36,876 nucleotides of DNA from the IMG/VR virus record IMGVR_UViG_3300049782_000077, positions 1 to 36,876 of that record; one strand, 5' to 3'. Position numbers and translations under genes: made by a program. Under the pieces are notes generated by a model, which was given only the letters and a program-made list of their open reading frames with translations, did not search any database and was not told the DNA's origin. This DNA comes from a virus (taxonomy: Duplodnaviria; Caudoviricetes). Shown here one piece after another: positions 10,501-19,231 of this stretch; the first letter of the stretch is position 1; the number at the start of each line of letters is the position of its first letter.

Positions 10501-11672
10501 TCCCCGCGTTGCTCTCTCCGGGCGAGGCGATCCTTCGCCCGGAGGTCGCCGCGCGGCTCGGCGCCGAGACCATCGACGCCTGGAACGCCGCGGCGGTCCG
10601 GGGGCAGATCTCCCGATACGCCCGCGGCACCTCCGCCGTAGGCGGCTCGGGCAACCCCGGGCTCAATCTGCTCCAGGCGCAGCGGCAGGTGTTCGACATC
10701 AGTTCCATCGTGGACCTGTTCGGCACCACCGTGGGGTTCGGGCCGGCCGCCATCGGCATCGGCGGAGGCACCGGCCGCAACCTGTGGGGCTGGGGCGCCC
10801 AGTCCGGTGGCGGGACCGCCGGCCGCGGAGCGGCCCGGAAGTTCTACGGCATCGGCGACTACATCACCGAGGAGCTGCCGGACGTCCTGCGCCGGACACC
10901 GACCGGTGCGGGGCAGATCCTCGGCATCATCGCCGGCGCCATCGCCCCAACGGCCGGCGAGTACTTCTGGTCGGACGTGTGGAAAGGCTCCGGCAACCTC
11001 GCCCAGCGCGGCGCCCGCTGGATCGGGCACGTCCTCAGCCCGGGTGCGCTGTGGGAGATGGTCCAAGACGGCGTGTCCGGGATCGTGGACACCGGAAAAG
11101 CCATCTGGGACCTCGTGACGAGTGCGGTCACCGACCCGCGCGGCACCTTCGAGGACGCCCTCGCCGAGGTGAGGGAGGTCTTCACCGGCACCGTCGACAT
11201 GGTGCGGGACACAGCCAGTGGCCTGCACCAGATCATGACCAACCCGTCCGAGTACGCCGCCGATGTCTGGACCGAGTTCTACGCCCAGGCGCGTGAGGCC
11301 ATGCCGAACACCGAGGGCCTGTTCGCCTTCGCCGGCGGCGGCATCGTCCCCGGCTACCGGCCGGGCGACGACACCGTTCGGGCACTCCTGTCCCCCGGCG
11401 AGGCGGTGCTGCGGCCGGAGGCCGTCAGGGCGCTGGGCTACCGCACCGTGCTGGAGCTGAACCGCGCGGCGCAGCTCGGCACCCTCGCCGCCGTCCCGGC
11501 AATGAACGGCGCGGTCGAAGGGCTCGTTATCGCAGGCCCCGGAACCGGCCGGTCAGGTGTCGAACCAGCCGGCCGGTCACCGCAGATCCACGTGCACGAG
11601 GCCAAGTCCGAGGACACGACGCAATCGGTCCTCCGCGCGCTCCGGTACGCGGAGACCCTGTACGGGCTGTGA
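7539..11672 (+). CDS. Tape measure protein
   Basis: 1377 aa, Ala/Gly/Arg-rich helical; VGSGYIEVEP N-terminus; two copies of the (Y/F)A.GG.VPGY.PG.D...ALLSPGEA.LRPE motif. Confidence 0.95.
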   Translation: MAVGSGAIKVGSGYIEVEPRLSREAMRAMRADLLKQMGAIGTAAGREFSRAAGRGISNLSRVAATEATRAGRAIRQGAADTEAALRRIERDLTREYGDQAAQRFRTFRERELQRRQLVEGTSQATRTALRRAAQAEEAEGRAAVRRTQSVERERQRLIREREREATRAEWDQARAQGQAQRQMREEIARTMRAAQQARRTDLQNQIRSSTDHAAALRQQLDGYAAQVRRLEGDTTSSLGRVQAAWSRQSLHIERLGTTAVEAGNLITRNLVGPLGAVSAALTAIGVASADSLILGQLGLMGAGVSAQDSAGALERIRQYGVETPYSIEAMQSYMARYIRGIISHDPGYRSEDPAEREAAGQRAANRAVDIVQMVGDNAARSGNLDPAMVERAMYAIDMILDMDRVPTRNLRQFVNASGIPVQELALLLGYRDSEDNAASAQMLEDMANAGQTGGVQGQAFIDALLEDWAGPDGARGFASRVGSATIGGRLQQMREAAQVRLGEMFARQNPETGLYEYTGLGEAIMGRRVEGEDGQVTYEGGLLNEVGEIGRMALPHAQALLEEFFEVLGTFTGWLRSTAEFLQAHPGLRDAVLQAAKIAALAVPFLVGFGLLTKTFGKFNRLLSAALTPLSGLISGVRGASRFTRQVAAGVQNRRDGGSFRDGYRNRRTELRGGDDRGPVRRGLDGFTGRNSQVDRIQAQMRDLERQIQEADERSEELRRTLREVNDTNLRDLVNQLAGSSSTSVQGSASQAQTSVRQIATQGLDVVNRTRLSQVEGELEQVREKADAVARSVKAAGDQVKGLNDRRLGSLRSQQLDTTERRARALERAVRDVDGQVRQLDGRRLAGLRNEFIQLSPKVSDARSKIAETSTAVSNLNRRSLSSVRGQFNNLHTSVTNVYNKVGTASGSGSLSSRITNLNSRKLGSIRSEVDRLKDALDAADRKADNLDSAIDRVNSSTGAGGSGDSSNRRRYAAGGVLPGYAPGVDSIPALLSPGEAILRPEVAARLGAETIDAWNAAAVRGQISRYARGTSAVGGSGNPGLNLLQAQRQVFDISSIVDLFGTTVGFGPAAIGIGGGTGRNLWGWGAQSGGGTAGRGAARKFYGIGDYITEELPDVLRRTPTGAGQILGIIAGAIAPTAGEYFWSDVWKGSGNLAQRGARWIGHVLSPGALWEMVQDGVSGIVDTGKAIWDLVTSAVTDPRGTFEDALAEVREVFTGTVDMVRDTASGLHQIMTNPSEYAADVWTEFYAQAREAMPNTEGLFAFAGGGIVPGYRPGDDTVRALLSPGEAVLRPEAVRALGYRTVLELNRAAQLGTLAAVPAMNGAVEGLVIAGPGTGRSGVEPAGRSPQIHVHEAKSEDTTQSVLRALRYAETLYGL

Positions 11673-11687
11673 CGAGAGGGGGCACCC

Positions 11688-12674
11688 ATGCCGATCCCGG
11701 CAATCCGGGCCCAGACCGACACGGGAACTCCCCCTCCCGCACCCAGCCCGCCCCGGCCGGAGGAATGGGCGCGCACCTACGTATCGATCCGCGGCGCCAA
11801 CGGCGAAGGCGAGGAGATACCGCTCACGGGGCTCTCCTCACCCAGTTGGCCCGCCATCGTGATACAGCCCGGGGCGTCGGGCCTGGACCTGCCGCCCCTG
11901 GAGCTGCACGCCGACGACAGCCCGAACCTCGACGGGAGCATCTTCCGCTCCGCCCGCCGGGCGGCACGCGAGATCATGCTGCCTCTGTACCTCCACGGCA
12001 TCGACCGCCGCACCCTGCGGGACCTGAAGCGGCGCCTCGCCAGGGCGCTGGACCCAAGTGCCGGCTACTGCGTGCTGACGTTCATCGAGGGCGACGCCCA
12101 GCCCCGCTACCTGCGCTGCTACTACAAGGGCGGCATGGATGGCAGCGAGGCCACCGACTCGGCGGGCTTCACCTGGATCAGGTACGGCCTCCAGCTCACC
12201 GCCTACGACCCGTACTTCTACTCCGACGCCATACAGCTCGGCTCCTGGTCCTTCGGTGCGACCGTGCCCCTCCTCGACCGCGGCCGGCCGCTCTATCCCT
12301 TCCGCCTGAGCCGCGCGGTCCTGACCACCGACGTCCCGATCGAGAACCCAGGAGACCTCCCAGCCTGGCCCATCTGGCAGATCACCGGACCGGTGCGCTC
12401 CTTCAAGCTGGTCAGCCCCAGTGGCCAGTCGTTCGGCATTACCCCTGTCGAGGGCAACGCTGTCGCGGCCAGCCGAGTGTTGACCATCGACACCCGGCCC
12501 GGCTACAAGACCCTCATCGACGACGCGGAAACGAATTATTGGCCGCTGCTGGATGCCAACCCCCAACTGTGGCCCGTTCCTCCTGACCGTTCGGTGCTTG
12601 GCCTGGATGTCGTCTCCGCAGGCACCTCCGCCAGCGTGCGTCTCACCATCCTCCCCCGCTACACGGCCTACTGA
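11688..12674 (+). CDS. Distal tail protein (Dit-like)
   Basis: Follows the TMP; LTAYDPYFY, IENPGDLPAWPIWQITGP and LTIDTRPG motifs. Confidence 0.85.
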   Translation: MPIPAIRAQTDTGTPPPAPSPPRPEEWARTYVSIRGANGEGEEIPLTGLSSPSWPAIVIQPGASGLDLPPLELHADDSPNLDGSIFRSARRAAREIMLPLYLHGIDRRTLRDLKRRLARALDPSAGYCVLTFIEGDAQPRYLRCYYKGGMDGSEATDSAGFTWIRYGLQLTAYDPYFYSDAIQLGSWSFGATVPLLDRGRPLYPFRLSRAVLTTDVPIENPGDLPAWPIWQITGPVRSFKLVSPSGQSFGITPVEGNAVAASRVLTIDTRPGYKTLIDDAETNYWPLLDANPQLWPVPPDRSVLGLDVVSAGTSASVRLTILPRYTAY

Positions 12675-12685
12675 ACTAGGCGAAG

Positions 12686-13072
12686 CTAACGCTTACGCTG
12701 GGCATCTCCGGTGACAAATCCCCACCACAGTAAATACAGCATCGGTGAGGCCAGGATCGCAGTACCCAGTTCTACACCGAAGGCGAGAAGAGCGACGAAG
12801 GTAGCCCCCGTAAGGATGAGGGCCAGTTCCGCACCCTCCTTCAATTCACGTTCTCGCTGCTCCTGCTCCGCGAGTTTTCTGGTGCGCTCTGCCTGACGTA
12901 GACCCTCCTCAACCGCGCGTGCAAGCACGGCGGGGTCTTGCTCCTCGGTCCAGCTCATATTTACGTCGCCATGCACATGGCCGAACTGACCAAGGTTCCC
13001 CCGGATATCGCCCCCTTCAACGTGATTAGAAATGGTCGCACGAATTCCAAAGCCGTCGTCACGTTTCCCCAC
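12686..13072 (-). CDS. Moron membrane protein: N-terminal Gly/Asn/Gln beta-motif, coiled-coil, about two TM helices
   Basis: GTG at 13072 lies 7 nt after a -10 box (leaderless). Lower GC and one TTA codon. C-terminal hydrophobic segments. Confidence 0.7.
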   Translation of the reverse strand: MGKRDDGFGIRATISNHVEGGDIRGNLGQFGHVHGDVNMSWTEEQDPAVLARAVEEGLRQAERTRKLAEQEQRERELKEGAELALILTGATFVALLAFGVELGTAILASPMLYLLWWGFVTGDAQRKR

Positions 13073-13079
13073 GCGGCCG

Positions 13080-13109
13080 AGTATGCCGCCTGCCGACTTG
13101 CAGTGTCCA
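13080..13109 (-). promoter_or_regulatory. Housekeeping-sigma-type promoter, leaderless transcript
   Basis: TGGACA-N18-CATACT-N7-GTG on the minus strand. Confidence 0.6.
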
Positions 13110-13224
13110 GTCCGCTTGCATGACCGAGGTGGAGGACTCACGACGGCGTGTGGTGGTGGCCCAGTCTGGTGTCTCACCATCGTCACATCGAAGTTGCGCG
13201 GCTCCCCTATGACGGAGGTACCTT

Positions 13225-14454
13225 TTGGCCTACCACGTACACGTCCGCGATTCCTCTCTTCGTCGCGTAGGGGTCATCGATACCTGGCTCAAGCTCGACT
13301 TCGTGGTTCGGTTCTGTCAGGCCGGGACCTGGCAGCTCCTCGTGCGGGACGGGACGCCGCAGTCCACGCTCCTTCAGCGCGGCGGCGGCATCGCCATCTA
13401 CCAGGACGGCGTCGAACAGCCCGTGCTCACGGGGCAGATCGAGTCGTTCGAGCGCTGGTGGACCGTGGAGCAGCACACGGGGGCCGGCTCGGTTTACGTC
13501 GCGGGGCGCTGCGACAACCAGCTCGCGTACCGGCGCCTGGCATTCCCCGAACCGGGCCGGCCGGTCTCCCAGCAGTACACCGGTCGGGACACGCGGACGG
13601 CCTCCGGGCCCGCCGGGCGGGCGGTGTGGTGGGAGCTGGAGCATGCGCTCGGCCCCTCCGCCCTGGCCGACCGGCAGGTGGTCGGCGTGGAGGTCGGGCC
13701 GGACCCGCAGCTCGGTGACGCGCTGTCCGACAGCGTGCGTTTCGATGTGCTGGGGGCGAAGTTCGAGGAATGGTGCAAGGCCAAGAGGGTCGGCTATCGC
13801 TTCATCTGGGACCCCAGCGCGCAGAAGATCCGGCTGCGGGTTTTCACCCCGCAGGACAAGTCGAAGTCGGTGCGGTTCTCCCCCGACCTCGGGAATCTCC
13901 GCCAGTACACCTGGACGCTTTCAGCTCCCCAGGTCACACGAGCCATCGTTGCCTGCCAGGGCGAGGGCAAGGACCGCTACCTGTACCAGAAGACCGATAC
14001 CGAGGCCGAGACCGAGTGGGGGATGCAGGTCGAGCAGTTCATCGACCGGCGGGACCTGCCACTCAAAACCGACCCGGCAACCGGCCAGCCCGTCAAGGCC
14101 AAGGCAGACATCACCGACGCCGAATTCGAGAACGCGAAGAAGGCCGTCATCGAGGCCGCTGAATCCGCTCTCAAGGAGGGCGAGAGGAACGGCAACTTCC
14201 AGGTCTACCCGATCGATACCGAGCAGTGCGCCTTCGGCCGGGACTACTTCGTGGGCGACATCGTGACCGTCGCCGTGGACGGCGAGGAGTACGTGGATGT
14301 CGTCCGCGAAGTCTCCGTGACCGTCGAGGACGGCGGGAAGACGTGGGATGTGGCTCCGAAGATCGGTGAACAAGGGTCGGGAGAACCACTCAACCTCTAT
14401 CGGACGATTTTCGAGATGCGGGAGAAGCTGCGCAGGCTCGAAGCGAGGATGTGA
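13225..14454 (+). CDS. Minor tail protein (ReqiPepy6 Gp37-like)
   Basis: RF..GTWQL, EQFIDRRD and FGRDYFVGDIVTV motifs; follows Dit. Confidence 0.85.
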   Translation: MAYHVHVRDSSLRRVGVIDTWLKLDFVVRFCQAGTWQLLVRDGTPQSTLLQRGGGIAIYQDGVEQPVLTGQIESFERWWTVEQHTGAGSVYVAGRCDNQLAYRRLAFPEPGRPVSQQYTGRDTRTASGPAGRAVWWELEHALGPSALADRQVVGVEVGPDPQLGDALSDSVRFDVLGAKFEEWCKAKRVGYRFIWDPSAQKIRLRVFTPQDKSKSVRFSPDLGNLRQYTWTLSAPQVTRAIVACQGEGKDRYLYQKTDTEAETEWGMQVEQFIDRRDLPLKTDPATGQPVKAKADITDAEFENAKKAVIEAAESALKEGERNGNFQVYPIDTEQCAFGRDYFVGDIVTVAVDGEEYVDVVREVSVTVEDGGKTWDVAPKIGEQGSGEPLNLYRTIFEMREKLRRLEARM

Positions 14455-14457
14455 CGC

Positions 14458-15507
14458 TTGGCAGAGATCAGCTACCCGTTCACCGCCCCCAGCGAGTCCG
14501 GAGGCACCACCAGCGTCTCCGAGGTCGAGTGGCAGGCTATGGCGAAGCTGTGGGGCGGGGACCGCATCGACTTCCAGCTCACCAGCGATTCGTACGCCGC
14601 CGGCGCCCTGCCGTTCTCCGCCTCGGTCACCAACGGCCGCACGGTCACCCTGTCCCCGGGCTCCGCATTCGTCGGCGGCTTCTACTACCGGCTCAGCGCG
14701 CCCCTCGCGCTGACCGTGGAGCCGAACCCGACCGACAAGGCCCGCAAGGACACCATCGTCCTGCGCGCGGACCTGACGAAGGGCTCGGTGAACGCCGCCG
14801 TCGTCAAAGGCCAGCCGGCCGCCTCGCCGGTCGCGCCGCAGCCACAGCGCCGGCCGGGCGATGTGTGGGAGATGGTGCTCTACGAGGTGGACGTCCCCGC
14901 GCGGGACGGCGCGGTCCAAGCGGACTGGCGGGCCAGCTTCGACCTGCCTAGGCCCGTGGGCACCCCGTGGAACACGCGGCACACCGCGGCGTTTCTGCCG
15001 GTGGGCACCGTGCTCTACGACCTGGACAACAACGGCGGCGACACCCAGTACGAGTCCTTCGTCGGCCGGGACGGCTACGTCATCACCCGCCACCTGGGCG
15101 CGGCACGGCCCTACACCCCGAGCCTGGTGAACGCCCCCTCCAGCAGCAGCGTGCGCACGACAGGGCGGTGGCGGTGGATCGCCCCGGCGTCGGTGTACTT
15201 CTCCGTCACCGTGCAGAACACCGGCAGCCAGAACGTCAACGCGTCGGGGACGCTCGGCATCGGCCTTCCCCAGCAGGCCAGCGGAACCACAGCCCAGGTC
15301 CTCACCGGCTTCATGCGCAACTACGAGACCAACGGCGGCCTGCCCAACCTGGCCGGCCTGTGGGGCTACTGCGCCGGCGGCAGCTACGTCGGCCTGTACG
15401 TGCAGTCCGCCTCCTCGACGGCCGCCGGCCTGGACGCCCTGCGGACCCTTCCCGCCAAGGCGGACATCACTCTTTCGGGCGTGTACGAGGCGGCCATCTT
15501 CAGTTAG
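14458..15507 (+). CDS. Minor tail / baseplate protein
   Basis: EISYPF, PGSAFVGGFYY and RKDTIVLR..L motifs of actinophage tail proteins. Confidence 0.75.
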   Translation: MAEISYPFTAPSESGGTTSVSEVEWQAMAKLWGGDRIDFQLTSDSYAAGALPFSASVTNGRTVTLSPGSAFVGGFYYRLSAPLALTVEPNPTDKARKDTIVLRADLTKGSVNAAVVKGQPAASPVAPQPQRRPGDVWEMVLYEVDVPARDGAVQADWRASFDLPRPVGTPWNTRHTAAFLPVGTVLYDLDNNGGDTQYESFVGRDGYVITRHLGAARPYTPSLVNAPSSSSVRTTGRWRWIAPASVYFSVTVQNTGSQNVNASGTLGIGLPQQASGTTAQVLTGFMRNYETNGGLPNLAGLWGYCAGGSYVGLYVQSASSTAAGLDALRTLPAKADITLSGVYEAAIFS

Positions 15508-15515
15508 GAGTCAGC

Positions 15516-16274
15516 ATGGCGCGGAACCTCTTCGGCGGCACCGCCGCGGACGTCGCCGAGGACGCGGCAGGCACCCGGCTGCCGGGCGCGGTCGGCACCG
15601 TGTGGGACGGCCCCTCCAGCGGAGCCACCCAGATCACCGACCTGACCGACGCGGACGGGGTGCCCATCTCCCAGCTCCTCGCGGACGGCCGCGGCATGCT
15701 CCCCCCGTTCTACGGCCCACCCGACGCCGAACAAATCTGGGTCGACTTCGGAGCCGGGCGGGTGAGCCTGGTCTCCGCCACGGTCGGCTTGCGCCTCAAG
15801 GCGCACCTGACGGCTCCCGACCCGCACAGCAGCCGGGCCTACGTCGATGAACGACTCGCCGGATACCTGCCACGCCAGGGAGCCGAGACGAGGGCGATCC
15901 CGGCCGGGGCGTGGCTGACCATCGACGTGCCGGCCGAACCCGACCTCGATGGCCGCGTGCTGCGCCTGCGGCGGGACGGGGACGCGGCGGAGCTGACCCG
16001 GGTAGGCAACGACGGCTCGGTACGCATCGACGCCCACGGTTCCGCGGTGCCCCTGTCCATCGGGACAGGCGGCCGAACCGGAAGCGAGAGCGTGGTCACG
16101 GTGACGGGGCAGGGCGCCAGCAGTCCCGGACTGGTGGTCAATGTCCGGGCAGACGGATCGCTGATCACCGCCGGTCCGGTGTCCGCACCGAACATCGGCA
16201 CGGCCCGGCTGTTCGCCGGACCGACCGCGCCGGCCGACCCGCAGGCCGGAGATGTCTGGGTGGCCTATGGCTAA
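15516..16274 (+). CDS. Minor tail / fibre protein
   Basis: RBS GGAG; MARNLFGG start; C-terminal GPTAPADPQAGDVWV motif. Confidence 0.7.
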   Translation: MARNLFGGTAADVAEDAAGTRLPGAVGTVWDGPSSGATQITDLTDADGVPISQLLADGRGMLPPFYGPPDAEQIWVDFGAGRVSLVSATVGLRLKAHLTAPDPHSSRAYVDERLAGYLPRQGAETRAIPAGAWLTIDVPAEPDLDGRVLRLRRDGDAAELTRVGNDGSVRIDAHGSAVPLSIGTGGRTGSESVVTVTGQGASSPGLVVNVRADGSLITAGPVSAPNIGTARLFAGPTAPADPQAGDVWVAYG

Positions 16275-17100
16275 CCGGCTCCTGGTCCACGATGGCCAGG
16301 ACTGGATCGACCGCACTCCGCAGGTCTTCGACGGGCAGCAGTGGCACCCGGCGTCGCCGCTGTACTTCGACGGGGCCGAGTGGATGAGCGCCGCTCCGCT
16401 GCCGCGCGAATACCCCGCCCACGCGGTCAGCACCTCCGCGGCCGTCGCCGGCTCGGACACCGCAGCCGTGCCTCTGCCCATCGCAGTGCGCACCAACGAC
16501 CTGGTCGTCTCCGTGTGCGCGCAGGAGAGCGGCCCGGACCGGGAACCCCGGTTGCTGTCCCCGACCGGGGTCCTCTCGACCCGGTACACCATGCCGGCCT
16601 CCGGAATCCGGCTGCACATCGCGGCCTGGCCCTGGGAGCCGGCCCGCGGCACCTCGGTGGTATGGGACGTCACCGGCAGCCCGAACACGGTGCTGGCGAA
16701 CCTGGCCTACCGGTTCGCCGACCTTGCCGGCCTCTCGCTCACTCCGGTCGACAACATCACCGAGCACCAGGCCGTCACCGCCGTCCCGCTCCCGGCCGGC
16801 GAGGCGTTCCGGTCGCTGTACGTCGTCCTGACCGTCTCCCCCACGCTGACCGGGGCCGTCTGGCCCCACGGCGTCGAAGGCCGCGTTCAGCAGCTCGGCG
16901 CCTTCGGCGCACAACAGGTATCGCTGCTGGCCGCCGACACACCGGGCCTGGGCACGTCGCCCGGGGCGCTCCACCTGGACGCCACCGTGGACGCCGCCTG
17001 CGCGCTGATCACCGTTCCCGGCCAGGCGGACGGCAACCCGACGTGGGTCCTCGGCAACGTAGCCCGTTCCGTTCTCGGCCAGACGACCTACCTGGGGTGA
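16267..17100 (+). CDS. Minor tail protein
   Basis: Repeated (V/Y)(H/F)DG..W N-terminal units; coupled start; tail module context. Confidence 0.65.
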   Translation: MANRLLVHDGQDWIDRTPQVFDGQQWHPASPLYFDGAEWMSAAPLPREYPAHAVSTSAAVAGSDTAAVPLPIAVRTNDLVVSVCAQESGPDREPRLLSPTGVLSTRYTMPASGIRLHIAAWPWEPARGTSVVWDVTGSPNTVLANLAYRFADLAGLSLTPVDNITEHQAVTAVPLPAGEAFRSLYVVLTVSPTLTGAVWPHGVEGRVQQLGAFGAQQVSLLAADTPGLGTSPGALHLDATVDAACALITVPGQADGNPTWVLGNVARSVLGQTTYLG

Positions 17101-17107
17101 TGCAAGC

Positions 17108-17680
17108 GTGGAGTTCCCAACCTGGGCCGACGGCGCCGAGATCACCCCGGAGCGGATGAATGAATCAATCCGCGATCCGCTGGCCTTCCTCACCGGCCCG
17201 CCGGCCGCCCGGGTCATCGCCGACACCGTGCCGCAGACCGCGGCCGGCGGCGTGCGGCGCATCACGTTCCTGCCCCCGGGCGATGCGCGGTCCTTCCACT
17301 CCTACGACACCACCGGTGGCACGGCCACCGCGCTGCGGGACCGGCTGATCGTCACCGTGGACGGGCTGTACGACGTGCACGTGGGCGCCGAGGTCGCCCC
17401 GGCGGCCACCGGAGCGGTCACCTACGCCGACGCCGCGCTGGTGAAAAACTCGACCTCCAGCGCCCTGATGCTCTCCGCACCCCTGGTCCGCTTCCCGCTC
17501 CTGGAGCGCGCCGCAACCGCCTGGCGGAACACCGCCTCGGTCCGGCTGCCCTTCACCGCCGGAGACTGGATCACTCTCCACGTCATCGCCTCCGGCGTCC
17601 CCTGGCAGATCTCCTCGGACTGGTCCAGGACGATGACCTTCGTCCAACTCACCTGGGTAGGTGATCTTCCTGCTGCATGA
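17108..17680 (+). CDS. Tail / receptor-binding-like protein, paralog 1
   Basis: PTW..GAEIT..RMN..IRD.L.FL..PP N-terminus; beta-rich C-terminus. Confidence 0.7.
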   Translation: MEFPTWADGAEITPERMNESIRDPLAFLTGPPAARVIADTVPQTAAGGVRRITFLPPGDARSFHSYDTTGGTATALRDRLIVTVDGLYDVHVGAEVAPAATGAVTYADAALVKNSTSSALMLSAPLVRFPLLERAATAWRNTASVRLPFTAGDWITLHVIASGVPWQISSDWSRTMTFVQLTWVGDLPAA

Positions 17681-18290
17681 AACCTGGACCGGCCGGGAGG
17701 TCGTCACCGCCGAGACGATGAACCGCCGCGTGCACGAGGTGCACCGACGGCTGTACGAGCCGCCCTTGTGCCGTCTGGTGGGAATGCAACGAGGTTCCGA
17801 CCCTGCCGCCGCCTACCAGCCGGCCATGCAGTCCGGCTGGCTCCCCGGAGGGCAGACGAACACCCTCCACTACCACCCACCAGCGGCCTCCCCGCTCCCG
17901 AGCGGCACCGTCGACACCACGAACGGCTTCATGGCCCGCGCCACGGTCGGCGGCTACGTCTGGCGCGTGTACCTCCCCGAGGACGGCCTGTACCGGGTGA
18001 CCTGCCGCGCAGTCATCGCTCTCAGCCGCATGACGACCTACCGCACTGTGCTCCTGATCAAGGGCACCTCCACCGAGTACACCGCGGACCACCTGCACGT
18101 GTTCGCGTCCTGCGTGCCCTCGCGGATCTCGGCCACCCACTACGCGGGCAGCGTCGAGGCCGTCGTCGCCGCGCGTGCCGGCGAGGTCGTCTACAGCGCG
18201 GCCGGCGCGGGCGTCGACCACCACCTGGCCGACGACTCCCGACCACACCTGTCCTCGCTCACCGTCCGCTGGATCGGGAGGCACCCATGA
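17661..18290 (+). CDS. Tail / receptor-binding-like protein, paralog 2
   Basis: ETW..REVVTAETMNRRV..V...L.EPP; start position uncertain. Confidence 0.65.
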   Translation: MIFLLHETWTGREVVTAETMNRRVHEVHRRLYEPPLCRLVGMQRGSDPAAAYQPAMQSGWLPGGQTNTLHYHPPAASPLPSGTVDTTNGFMARATVGGYVWRVYLPEDGLYRVTCRAVIALSRMTTYRTVLLIKGTSTEYTADHLHVFASCVPSRISATHYAGSVEAVVAARAGEVVYSAAGAGVDHHLADDSRPHLSSLTVRWIGRHP

Positions 18291-18898
18291 CCGCAGGCCC
18301 GCCCCTCCAGCCGTGGACGCCTCGCGAGCTAGCCGACGCCACAGCGATGAACTCCCGCGTCCGGGACGTGCACACCTGGCTCGCGCATCCGCCGTCCCTG
18401 CGACTGCACGGCGCACCTCGCAGCATCAACGCCAACACCCACTCGATGCTGTCCTTCCACGCACCTGGAACTGCAAGCCCCGGCCACGACTTCGCGACCA
18501 CGGACGGTCTGACGGTCCCCCGCACGGACGGCCTGGTGCGCCGTCTCGTTGCACCGACGCCCGGCTGGTACCGCATCACGCTCGGCATCGGCCTGTGGGC
18601 GGACACCGCGTTCAACGGCTGGCCCGGCCGCAACGTCTGGGCCACCATCGGCGTCAACGCCTTCGCGGACACCGGCAACGCCACCATCGACGCCGCCATT
18701 TCCCAGGCCGGAGTCGGCCAGAGCAGCCCGAACCTCCACCTCGGCACCCTGACAACCGACTGGCCCCTCCAAGCCGGCGACACCGTGACCGTGGCCGCCA
18801 CCGTCGAGGGCTCCACCGCCCAGTGGGCAGACGGCACCAAGCACGCCTCCCTGCCCCACGTCTCCTTCATCGAACTGCACTGGGCAGGTGAGCTATGA
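18287..18898 (+). CDS. Tail / receptor-binding-like protein, paralog 3
   Basis: ATGA overlap with RBS GGAGG; PW..RELADATAMNSRVRDV..WL..PP. Confidence 0.7.
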   Translation: MTAGPPLQPWTPRELADATAMNSRVRDVHTWLAHPPSLRLHGAPRSINANTHSMLSFHAPGTASPGHDFATTDGLTVPRTDGLVRRLVAPTPGWYRITLGIGLWADTAFNGWPGRNVWATIGVNAFADTGNATIDAAISQAGVGQSSPNLHLGTLTTDWPLQAGDTVTVAATVEGSTAQWADGTKHASLPHVSFIELHWAGEL

Positions 18899-19161
18899 CC
18901 CCTATCGACCTCGCAATGAACACGCTAGGGCTGGCCGGACTCCTCGTCGGCGGATGGGTCGTCGTGCGCGCCAGCCGCGATACCCGAGCCGTCGAGGTCT
19001 GGCGCCAGGAAGCCGAAGCCCAGAAAGCGAGAGCCGACCGGCTCCAGGACGACCTGACGGAGATCAAGGACCGCCTCACCCGCATCGAGGCCGAGAACCG
19101 CCGCCTGGTCGAGCTGCTGACCGCCCTCGACCCCGCACAGCTCTCCCGCCTCCGCCCCTGA
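18895..19161 (+). CDS. Lysis-cassette membrane protein (holin-like; TM helix plus coiled-coil)
   Basis: N-terminal TM helix and a heptad coiled-coil; directly upstream of the endolysin. Confidence 0.6.
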   Translation: MTPIDLAMNTLGLAGLLVGGWVVVRASRDTRAVEVWRQEAEAQKARADRLQDDLTEIKDRLTRIEAENRRLVELLTALDPAQLSRLRP

Positions 19162-19185
19162 CCTGAGACAAACACCACCCCCGTC

Positions 19186-19216
19186 GCCCGGCCGCCGGCC
19201 GGGCCTTTTTCATGCC
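19186..19216 (+). terminator. Terminator-like hairpin before the endolysin
   Basis: GCCCGGCC-GCC-GGCCGGGC-CTTTTTCATGCC. Confidence 0.65.
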
Positions 19217-19231
19217 GAAAGGAAGGCACCT

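Noticed and set aside
17108-18898. Diversity-generating retroelement or invertible tail-fibre switch
   Set aside because: No reverse transcriptase, invertase, template/variable repeat pair or flanking inverted repeats seen; all three genes are on the same strand.
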